Source: the human T2T-CHM13v2.0 reference genome, Homo sapiens
Assembly (NCBI RefSeq): GCF_009914755.1
Contig: NC_060927.1
Strand: one strand, 5' to 3'
DNA: 64,000 nt
In this document: piece by piece, positions 13,601 through 25,941 of the stretch
Numbering within the stretch: position 1 is the first letter of the stretch
Layout: every line of letters begins with the position of its first letter
Position numbers and translations under genes: made by a program
Notes under the pieces: generated by a model
The model's database searches: none
Told to the model about the DNA's origin: nothing
What the model saw: the letters and a program-made list of their open reading frames with translations, nothing else

Positions 13601-16600
13601 TGTGGTTTATGAGGCTAAGAGGGTGGCTTCTGTAGCGAGACAGACATTTTAAATGGACCACTCTGAGCCTCGTCTTCCAGACCTTTAAGATAGAAAGGAC
13701 AATGAGTTCTCAACTGGAGGGCAGGGCCCTGACTTGGAGGAATCCTCCGCCTGTGGGGACTCAGACACACACAGGACAAACGTCTTGGGTGGCCGAGGAG
13801 CTGGGGATGGACTCTGTGGACAAAGAGAGACTGAGAAAAGGCAAGGAGGCCTAAGAGGCCTGGCACGTTCCCCAATAGCAGGGAACCTGGTAGTCTGGGG
13901 AAGGGTGGAGACTGGCCAAGTCACACGGCAAGCCCAGGCAGAGCCAGGACTGGACCAGCGTTATCCGACTCTAAGCCCAACCCTTTCATCATATCCCACA
14001 ACCTTGAATGCGAGGCTGAGGAGGTTAGACTCAGGAACAGGGAAGAGACATGCAGGATTATTATTTTTGTAACTGCAGCTGCAGTATGGACAGTATAGGC
14101 TGTCAGTGACCAAGAAGAAAGGTGATGAATGGCACCAGCAATGGCGGTAAAAAGGGGGTGTAACTTCAGAAGGTAGTTGGAGATCTAGTTGGCAAGACTT
14201 GATCACTGATTGAATGTGGGGGAAGCTGAGAAGAGAGGTGAACCTAACTCTGAGCATACCTGAGTGACAACCTGGAGGTTCCTGAATATATGAGGGGGCA
14301 GACAATACCCTCTGCCTATTTCTGCGTCCTTGGCTAGTTCCACATCTTCCCTGCCTGATCCAACCTCTCCTATTCCTGCTTATCTTTGGGGACCAAGCTC
14401 CAGCCCATGTTCACAGACAGGAGAAGGCTGGATCCCTTCCCGGAGACCCTGGAAGCACCTTCCCAACCTGTCTCCATAGCCTCCTTTTCTTGTGTGACCC
14501 TCATTGTGTGGTGTCATGATCCCAGGAGTTTCATTCCTAGATGCTCATGTGCATAAATTCCTTCCTCAAGGACTAGACCTAGGTCTTACCATTCTGTTGA
14601 CCTGCAGGAGAGTCTGAGAAAGCATAAATGAAACATGGACTAGACCAAGGGTAGCAGATAGAGGGGTTTCATCCCAGCTGATTATGGCTGGCTGCCTGGA
14701 GTGCTGTGCGGAGGGTTCTGAGGCTGCATCCAAGCTTAGCTGCAAAGAATGCTGTGATCTATTAGTGATGTCTGGCAAGGCACAAGAGGGAAGAGTGGCA
14801 GTATGTGTGTCACTTATGTGCAGTCTCTTGATGACAAGAATCTGTATGGTTTTGACAATGCACAGCTGTTCTCAGGAAAAGTGAAAGATGATGTCCAAGT
14901 GTCTGGCATGGCCAAGGGTAGAAACAGATTAGAAGTAGCTTTTACAGAGCCACTTTTTAAAGTGGCTTTAAAAGAGCTATAGACACAGGCTATCCTCAGC
15001 ATTGAATTTCAACCTTCATACCAATCTCCACTTGTGTGCCTTACATAATGATGCCTCTAAGCCACCTTTTGTACCCTGACTCAAGGCTCTCAAACCTCAG
15101 CTTACAAATGATTTTTTCTGGGCTAATGCCTGCCAGCCAGTGGTTTCATTTTGGCAGCCTAACTCTTTGTCTGCACTGTGGTCTTTGGGCAATTCATTTG
15201 AATATTTTATTTCCCTTGATTTCTTTTCCCTTGGTTTATGGTTTTATAAAAGAAGTATAAAAATGAAGGTGTGAATAGCAGTGGAGGGAATGTAGTTCTC
15301 CTAAATATAATGTAGAAGTAGAGCATCGATTCAGAACTCTAAACAATGGAATTGCTTCAAAATTATCATCAGCCACATAATAAACCATGTCACTGTAGTA
15401 ACTGAGGAGCAGTCTTCTGTACATGGTGCCTGGGAACAGTGAGGCTACATTTGGCCAGGTTTTAAGTGACCCTCTTAATGACACCCCACTGGCTCAGTCT
15501 ACCCAGTGGAAACTGGACATAGCATAACCAGCAAGCATAATCACATCAAAGTGGCCCCACAGGTGAAGGACAAATTTTTATGATTTTTGAGTTGTTCTTA
15601 TGTTTTACATGGTAAGGTTCTTTTCCTTAAATTTTGCAAGCATTGGGAATTAAGATAGCTGAGTTCCAAATATTATGTATCTGGAACACTTCAGCTCCTG
15701 GACATTCTGGATAATTAATCTTCTGCCACACAACAGAGACAAAAGTGGAAATTACTAAATGAAAGCAATGGGTTATTAGCCTCAACCTGATGTTTTATAG
15801 ACTTAAGCTGATTGGCTTTGGTTGGGGGGGAGGGGGTGATTTTGAAGGAAATGAATCAAGAATGTATATGAAATGCCGAAGATCTATCATAGATGCTGTG
15901 TATAAAGCTAAGTGAAACTGGAGATTTTATAGCACTTTTAGCTCTCTGCAGAAACCATCAAGCCTTATTGATTACTGGCCTCTTATTTTTATTAATATTA
16001 ATATTGATTTCTGCTCTTTTATATTTGATCTGCACCTTTTCTGGATTACATTGCATATGATAAGCAAGAGATTGTGTTGATTACTTGACATGTCGATTGA
16101 GCTGATGGTTGATTTGGAAACAGGGATGCAGAAATTGGTGGTGCAGGGGCCATGAGTGGGCTGGGGAGGTTACCATCATTGCAGAACAGAGACATTGTCT
16201 GAATAAAATAGTCCAGCCTTTCAGGTTATGTCCACAGGACCCACTATCACCAACCTTTGCTGGTTCTAATTTCCTATTTTTGAGGACTGGGTTTAAAATC
16301 TCTGCTTTGTCATTTACAAATGGAATGACTTGACTCTTCTGAAAATCTCATCTCTAAAATGGGAAAATAACACAGAGTCTGCATGGCTGTCGTGAGGGTT
16401 GCAGATTGCATACATAGGTAGCCTGGTGGTTGAATGTGTGACCCTGGAGTCAGGCAGGACTTGCTATGACCCCCATGTCTGGTTGTCGTTCATTCACTGG
16501 GCAATCCTGGGCAAGTTATGAGTAACTTCTCTGGCCTTTGTCATGTGTAAAAAGAAGATAATCATGCCTACTCATTCTTGTTGAATGTTTCATGTGTGGA

Positions 16601-17668
16601 AGTGCTAAGTAAATGCAGCCATTGTTATTATCATGTGTAAAGGGCTGGGCATGGAGTGAGGATGTCTTTTTCCCGTCTTCCTTCCATCCCCATTTTCCAA
16701 GTAATGAATTCCTTATCATCCTTTATGGGCTGACACTTCTTTGGAGAAGCCCTTCTGGACTGCTCTTGCAGTGAGGGACTCACTCTGTCTGTGCTCTTCC
16801 ATTCTTTTTGCTCCCCTGATGACATGAGGCATGACCTCCTGTCTATAAGTCTTTCTTTACTACCAACTGGAAGTCGCTTGAAGCAGAAATTTCCCTCCTG
16901 TGATTCAGTCTTATTTTTACCTTCCAGGACCTAGCTCAGTTCTTAGTACATGAGAGTGTTTGAGTGAGTGAGTGAGTAGGTGAATGAACTGAGTCAATAA
17001 AGGAATACATGAATGAACAAATGGGTGGAGGACTGAAGCACTGGTCAAAGAAACCCTGGGTTGAACAGGAGCGAGAGGCTAACTTAGAAAGCTGGAAGTC
17101 TCAGGGCATAGACTCTTTATCTGGGAAATTGGAGTCTCTGAACCAAAGCTTGCATGCGTATCTGCATCTGAGCACATTTGGAGGGAAGGTCCTCAGATTC
17201 TCAGAAGTGTCCCTGGACCCCAAATGTTGACAAGTTGCTGATCTGAACAGACGGAGGAGGCAGGCCCCACTGAGAGGACAGAACCAAGTGATTGGAGGAG
17301 TGAGTGTGACAAAAGAGAAAAGTCAGAACTTGCAGGACACTGACTCCTGCAGGGACCTCAGTTAAGGGGTGTGGCCGGTGCCACAAGCAGCCCCTGGGAC
17401 GGGAACTCCTACAGTCCCTGCGGGCCTTGATGCCTCCTTCTAGGCCGCTCTTGTGCGAGGAAGCTCAGAGGAGGTTTGTGTCTTTCACTGTCTTGATTCT
17501 TATCCAGAATCTGCTAGCTAAAAGGGTCTCTCGGGTTCATTGGGTCCAATCGCCTGCCTCCAAATGGACCAAGCCCAAATGGTTCCAGGCAGGCACTGAG
17601 TTTTTTCTGCCCCCAAAGTTTTCTGCCCTTTTCTTCCTTTCCCTCCCCTCTTCTCACCTTCATTATTT

Positions 17669-18553
17669 TATCCTATCCTATCCTATCCTATCCTATCCTA
17701 TCCTATCCTATGGCATGCCATCCTACCCTACCCTATCCTACACTATCCTATCCTATCCTATGCCATGCCATGCCATCCTATCCTATCCTATCCTATGCTA
17801 TGCTATCCTATCCTATCCTATGCTATCCTATCCTATCCTATCCTATCCTATGCCATGCCATGCCATGCCATCCTATCCTATCCTATCCTATGCTATCCTA
17901 TCCTATCCTATCCTATCCTATCCTATCCTATCCTATGGCATGCTATCCTACCCTACCCTACCATACCCTACCCTATGCTATCCTATCCTATCCTATGCCA
18001 TGCCATCCTATCCTGTCCTATCCTATCCTATCCTACCCTACCCTACCCTACCCTACCCTACCCTACGCTATCCTATCCTATCCTATCCTATGCCATGCTA
18101 TCCTATCCTATCCTGTCCTGTCCTGTCCTGTCCTGTCCATCTATCCCGTCCTATCCTATCCTATCCTATCCCGTCCCATCCTATCCTATCCTATCCTATC
18201 CTATCCTATCCTATCCCGTCCCGTCCCATGCTATCCTGTCCTGTCCTGTCCTGTCCTGTCCTGTCCTATCCTATCCTATCCTATCCTATGCTATCCTATC
18301 CTATCCTATCCTATAGTATGCTCTGCTCTGCTATGCTATGCTACCCTATCCTATGCTATGTTATCCTATGCTACTCTATGCTATCCTATGCTATGCTATG
18401 CTACACTATCCTATGTTATGCTATGCTATCCTATGCTATGCTACGCTATGCTATGCTACGCTACGCTACGCTACGCTATGCTATGCTATGCTATGCTATA
18501 CCATCCTATCCTATCCTACGTTAGTCTAGCCTATACTATCCTGTGCTATCCTA
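17669..18553 (+). repeat. Compound pentanucleotide tandem repeat (TCCTA)n with TGCCA, CCCTA, TCCTG, TGCTA and CGCTA variants, ~885 bp
   Basis: Period-5 array directly visible in the sequence. Confidence 0.98.
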
Positions 18554-18594
18554 GTCTCTCTTTAACTATGCATACTTAACTTTCAGTAAGAGCT

Positions 18595-18810
18595 GTGGCT
18601 TTAAAAATGTGGGTATTGACCCAACAGTGAATTCTAAAGTGGATTTAGAAGATCATGGCCAGCTTATTTAAAAAAAGAATACAATAGAAAATATTAGCAT
18701 GTATCACACATGTGTTATGTTGTGAAACTTCTTTTTCAGCTCTATGTGTGCTGGATTGTGATGTATATTTCTTTCTGTGTTGTGGTCAAAAAAATTCAAC
18801 AAGCACCACT
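18595..18810. mobile_element. hAT-Charlie-type MITE remnant
   Basis: Resembles the Charlie MITE pattern ...aatagaaaatattagcatgtatcac...gtgaaacttc...tgtggtcaaaaaaattc...accact. Confidence 0.45.
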
Positions 18811-18979
18811 CTCAAGCACATCACGGGCACTCAGTAGACAGCACTGAGAGACCTAGCCTGTGATGAGGTATGAGGCAGGAGGACAGGCCGTGTTAGGGGT
18901 TACTTCTTGTTGCTGCACCAGGAAGCCCTTCTTTCCTTTACCCCCTCTGTGGCCCACTCCTATCACCCCTGCTTCCTTT

Positions 18980-19656
<677 letters not shown>

Positions 19657-19664
19657 TGAGATTC

Positions 19665-20060
19665 AACAGCTGGTTGAACAGTGGAAAGCCTGTGGACTCT
19701 TTCCCAGAATAATTTTAAATGCATAAATTTAATACGTAGGAAATCAAATATTTTGAAATACCGTTACCAAAACATTTTAAAAAGGCAAATTTGTGACATG
19801 GTAATAGATGCACATTTTAAAACGAGGACATTACATAGCCAGATCCAGCAGCAAGTCTGATGACTACTGTGATTTTAAAGCAGCAATGAGCATAAGTGAC
19901 ATTTCAAGATAGCTACACCATGATATGAAAATATCTTCTATTGCTAACAGGACTGCAGTTCATTGCCTGCATCTAAAATTGAAACAAATACTAAATTTCA
20001 GTTAGAAGTTAATTAAAAATTAAAAAAAAATTACTGCCCCAAATCACAGATCTCTGCAGT
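19665..20060. mobile_element. hAT-Charlie DNA transposon (Charlie4a-like)
   Basis: aagcctgtggactctttcccagaataattttaaatgcataaa...aaatttgtgacatggtaat...ctaaatttcagttagaagtt. Confidence 0.7.
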
Positions 20061-20289
20061 AGTGCATCTTGGTGAGAGAAACTGGGTCTTTGTTCATGAT
20101 TGATTTTCTTTGTGGGAGTAGCTCGTAGTAAAAAAAGAGTTGGAGAAACTGGCTAAGCTATCAGTTGTCTTTGGTAAGGCATTGGTTGTTCTGAATGGTG
20201 GGCAGTAATTGTGCCTAAGGTTCTCTTAGTGGGTACATGGTGGTGTGCCCTGGACTACGTTAAACAGATAAAAACAGAACATCTCACAA

Positions 20290-20450
20290 GCCTGGTGGTT
20301 CTCAACCTCAGCTACACGTCAGAAACTCTTGGGGAGCTTTTGAAAACCCTAATTCCCAGAGCATAACCCAGACCAATTAAAATGAACTCTCTGGGTGTGG
20401 GTTGCAGGTGTCAGTATCTTTTAAAGGACTCTAGGTCATTCTAGTGTGTG
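20290..20450. mobile_element. MER5A hAT MITE
   Basis: gtggttctcaacctcagctacacgtcagaaactcttggggagctttt...cccagaccaattaaa. Confidence 0.75.
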
Positions 20451-21016
20451 AAATAACTTAATCAAAGACATTTGAGCAGGCAAGCAGGCACTCATTTTTC
20501 TGTTAAAACACAGAACACATGGAATCAGTACAGTTTCCAAATAGGAAATGAGGCTTGCAAGAAGTTTCAAGTCTGCGATCTGTGGCTTCCAGCCACCTCC
20601 TGTTAGGGGAGCTTGTGGGGGAAGCGTTTGTTGGGGGATGGTTAGTGCAGCTCAGAGGCCCCTCATCACGGTGGGCAGAGTGGGAAGTTAGCTCATTTTT
20701 GTCTCAGTTTGCCATGCCTTGCAGGGCCTTGAGGCTGAGGATACCACTAGGCACCTGCATGGCATTCTGAATTGCAGGCAGAATCCCTGGGAAGAAGGAA
20801 ATTAGCTTCAACTGTTGGCTTTGCCAGTTCCTGATCTCTGATGGCAAAGGCTCAGTTGAAGGAGCAGTTTTGGAGAACATATTCTACAAACCACTGATCG
20901 GTGTGTTTTTATGAGGTCCATGCATTCTGCCTTGATCCAAGACAGATTTCCCCTTCTCTCCTCTGCTTATGGGCTTCTTTCTTCCTGGTAGTCATTCAAG
21001 AGCCACTGAGTGTCAC

Positions 21017-21190
21017 CCAGAGTTTCCAAATCTGGCTGATCATCCGAATACCTTGGAGCTGGTTAAAAATGCTGATTCTAGGCCCTACTCCCGGAGATCC
21101 AGTTGCAGTGGGTCTGTGATGGCACCTGGGCATCCATATTATTAAGAACCCCCAGAGGTGATTCTTATAATCAAAAAAGTTTGGGAAAAT
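21017..21190. mobile_element. MER5B-like hAT MITE
   Basis: tttccaaatctggctgatcatccgaatacc...ggtgattcttataatcaaaaaagtttgggaaa. Confidence 0.7.
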
Positions 21191-21545
21191 CCAGGTGGCA
21201 CCTACACCTTAAACGCCCCGCCCCGCCCCCCCCGCCCCACCTCCCACACAGAGAGAGAGAGAGAGAGAAAAAAAAAAAACAAACGAGAACTAACACAGAG
21301 GTGAGGCAGGCCAGGCCATTTTCTACCATCTGCTTCCTTTTAGGCCCTGGCCACCAGCCAGTATTAAGTAGTGGAGAGCACATTGGTCTGAGAGTTGGGA
21401 CTTGGGTTCTCCTGGTTCTGCCATGGAACCTGAGTACCTGTGGACAAGTTCCTTCTCCCTTCCCTCTTTCTGGGCCTCAGTTTCTTCACTGGTGACATGA
21501 AAGGGTTTTCAAAGTGGATTTGGAGAGCCCCCACTTTTCCATGAG

Positions 21546-22360
21546 CATAGGCTGGCAAACTATGGCCTTCAGGTCACATCCAGCCCTCTGCCCATTTTTA
21601 TAAATAATGTTTTATTGGAACACAGCCTGTTATTTGTTTACATATTGTTATCCATGGCTGTTCTAGCACTCAAAGGCAGAGTTGAGTAGTTGAGACAGAA
21701 ACCCTATGGACCCCTGTGTCGGGGGGTGGTCCCAAGATTACCTACATATTTGGTAATTTAGGATTCACAGGACACAGAAGCAGTTATACTCATGGATGTG
21801 GTTTGTTTCCATCATCAGCAAGACAAAGACACTCACCAGGCAGAATGTGGAGGAATCCATGCACAGGCTTCTCACTTTCCCTCCCTCCTGCCTGGAGCGG
21901 GTATGCAGACTGTGTTCCTTCCTCCAGCAAGGAAATGCAGCAGCATGTGTGCAGGGTTTCTGCCCAGAGAAGCCTTCCTGCGATGCAGAGTCCAGGTTTT
22001 TAGTGAGGGTGTTTTATTGACTGCACAGGTACTTCCTGCCTCCATGATCAGCCACAACCCTCTGACTTCCAGACTCTCAGAGGAAACACAGGTGTTCACC
22101 AGAAATCACATTGCTATACAAATGGTCTAGGCAGGCAGCCTTTATGGGATTCAGTGTTCCAGGCATACAAAACAACCGTGTCAATTAGTACCACAGGGAG
22201 CATCCTAAAAGCCCAATTCCCAGACACCAGGCAAGAGCCAACACTACAAATGGGCCCGACTTTGGAGCAACATTGGGCCTGCTCTGTTGACTCTTTCCTA
22301 CAGGCCTGCAAAATCTCAAGTGTTTACCACTTGGCTCTTTCTAGAAAAAGTTTGCTGACA
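21546..22360. mobile_element. MER58A MITE, split (21546-21714 and 22303-22360) by a nested LTR
   Basis: ggctggcaaactatggcc...gttttattggaacacagcc...gagttgagtagttg; resumes at ggcctgcaaaa...gaaaaagtttgctgac. Confidence 0.75.
21715..22302. mobile_element. ERVL-class solo LTR (MER21/MER68/MER77 group)
   Basis: TG...CA ends. Motifs ccagactctcagaggaaacacaggtgttcacc and ttcccagacaccaggcaagagccaac...gggcctgctctgttgactcttt. Confidence 0.6.
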
Positions 22361-22865
22361 GTGCACTGGGGTACCCTCAGGGGCATGTGAGCAGGGGTTG
22401 ATGGGCCCCACTCCACCTGACCCCCGACTCCGTCCTTGTTGCTCTCCACCCCTGCTGCCACCAGCCTAGTCCAGGCCACCACCATCTCCCACTGGAAAAC
22501 TGTAGTAGCCCCCTAACTGGTCATCCAGAAATGGCTCCTTGACCATCTAGGCCACTCCCCACCCAGCAACAGAGGGATCTTTTTGAAATGTAAATCCAAT
22601 GGGCACCTCTTTTGCTTAAATTCTCCTGGGATTCCCTGTGGTCTTTGGAATAAGATCCAAATGGTGGGGTCCCTACTGTCCTCTGTGAGCTGCCTCCTGG
22701 CTGCGTCCCCTACTACTCTCCCCCTCTTTCAGCTCATTCCAGGTATTGACCTCCTCTCTGGGCATCCAGTAGACATGGCCTTTCTACCCCAGGGCCTTCA
22801 CATATGCTGTTTCTCTGCTGGAAACACTCCTTCTTTCTTCCCCAGACTGTCCTTCCCCAACTTGA

Positions 22866-23194
<329 letters not shown>

Positions 23195-24269
23195 CACTCA
23201 TCCTTTAGGACTGAGTTTAAACATCACTTTCTCAGGCAAGTCTTTTCTGATTGCCCACCATGCACCACCCCCAGCACCCCATACTTATTTTCCAAAGCAC
23301 CTACATATCCTATATATTTACAGTAAGATATTTATGTGTGTATATAATTGTGTGTGATCTTTATTTGTTCAATGTCCATTTACTTGTTGAACAGGTATTT
23401 TCTGAGTGCCTACTCTGTGTCAGAGATTATTGTAGGCATTGACAGTTTTCCACAGGGTGGCCACTGGCTGAGAAGGCAGCTTGGGAGCAAGGTCTGTATC
23501 TGCCTTTCCTACCATTGTATCCTCAGTCCCTGATGAGCTCAATGCCTGGTACACAGTAGGTGTTCCTTAAATGTTTGTTGAATGATAGGAGTAAGGGCTA
23601 TTTTCATTTTTCACAAGAAGGTTCTCTTTAACAAAAAGTCTAATAACCTCCAGATCACCAAATCCGTGAGCTGTAATGTTTTTTGATTCTCTGTCAGCGA
23701 TGGCTAGGAAGTGTGTATGTGTGTTTGTGTGTGTCCCAAAAGCAACTATGTCCCCAAAAAGTAACTGCTGATTTTCTGTGGCATAAATAAGGATCGCGAC
23801 CCCAAGAGGGAAAGGAAAACAAAACCCCATGTATGTTGGTGTGTTTTGGCAGCTGGGGTATGCTGCAGGAAGAAGCCCAGTGTGGCCTAATTCCAACTGT
23901 CCCCATTTGTGAATACCCAGCCCATGAAGAAGCAAGAAGCACTGGTTTCCATTCCTGCTCTCTGCCAGTGGTGATATGACCTTGAGGAAGGCTCCTAGCC
24001 TCTAGGGGGCCATGTCCCCTCCTCCCTCAATCACAGGTTGCACCCGCCTGCCCCAGCCAATGGCCTTGAAGGTTAAGTTTGATGGCCCAGTCATGGAGGA
24101 ATATTTTTTCTTTTGAATTATGTATGTATGTTTATAGGCATTAGGAATAAAACCGGGACATAAACCATATCAAAATCATGGCTTTATTGCTATTATTGCT
24201 AGAATGAGACTATATATATGATATGTATGATCTCATACATACACATATATACATACATACATATATATA

Positions 24270-24403
24270 CAGGTTGAGTATCCCTAAGTGCTCCAAAGTT
24301 TGAAACCTTCTGTGTACCGACATGGCTCTCAAAGGAAATGCTTCAATGAGCATTGGAGCTCTTTGGAGCATTTCAGATTTTCAGATTAGACATACTCAAC
24401 CTG
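24270..24403. mobile_element. Tigger4/MER46-like TcMar MITE
   Basis: TIRs CAGGTTGAGTAT...ATACTCAACCTG, flanked by TA on both sides, inside a (TA/CATA)n tract. Confidence 0.8.
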
Positions 24404-25359
24404 TACATACATACATACACATATATGTCATATATGTGATTAAAAGTGAGGCTAATTTAAAGGCAAATGTTCAAAAAATATTTAAAAAAAGCATGGACAT
24501 GACAAATGTAGTGCAGGTGGAAGGTGGCTGGCCAACATCTGAGGCACAGTGCTGTGGCGGTAGAGAAACATCCTAAGCTAGTCTTAGGACTTCCATAGCC
24601 ACATGGTCACCCTACAGACAACTGAGGCACAGCTCCCAAAGTTAGGAAGAGTAGATTAGGAAGAGGGGTCGACTGGAAGTATTTTATCAGGAAGTCAGTG
24701 AAAGTTTCCATCTTGTATCTCTTTGTAGTGTTGTCCTCTTAGCAAGTCCACATTATTTGTTTGTTTTCTGAAAATGATCCTTAGTTTTCCTGTACTTCTG
24801 GAAATGATCCTGCAGTTCAAATTGCACCACGAAGAAAAGTTCCCAGATAGTGTCCCTAGGCCTGGCTGTTGGGCTAGTCTGGGAGCATGGGCACCTTTGT
24901 GTCTTTGGGATAATCCAGCAGTTGCAGTATTCAGGCCTCTTGCAGCTATGAGAAATTTAAGTGGGTGACTCTATAGCCAGTAAAATCTCTCCCACAAGTG
25001 GAGAAATAGGAAATAGGAAGGAGAGGTGATTAGGGGAGGAAGAGAAGCCTGCGGGGAGTCAGAGGGCTGAGCCTCAGGCTGAGCTCCAGGATACTTTCAG
25101 GTCTCCAGCCTCTGAGCCCCGTTGGTCCCCAGGGCTGCTCCATCTAGTCCCTTGGAGGATGAGGGTGAGCTCAGGTGGACTGAGGGCCAGGAGGGGGTGA
25201 AATGAGCACTTGGTGGGGAGTCCTTCCTAGTCTATGGACTCCAGGATGGCAGGGATTACAACAAACATGTGTCCCATTCATCTATCACCAGAGCCCAGCA
25301 ACCCTTCCTTAATTTGTTCTACTGGTAGTTATTGCAGCCCCACCTGTGCCAGCTACTCA

Positions 25360-25941
<582 letters not shown>

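Noticed and set aside
15760-16110. AT-rich non-repeat stretch with many TAAT/TGATT motifs, a possible conserved enhancer
   Set aside because: The motifs are expected by chance at this AT content, and it cannot be supported without conservation data.
17669-18553. Possible CRISPR-like array
   Set aside because: Contiguous 5-bp units with no unique spacers, in a primate intron.
17427-18579. Long ORFs of 365, 289 and 183 aa with SYPIL/CYAML repeats
   Set aside because: Artefact of the period-5 satellite, which lacks stops on the + strand in all frames. There is no promoter or splice context.
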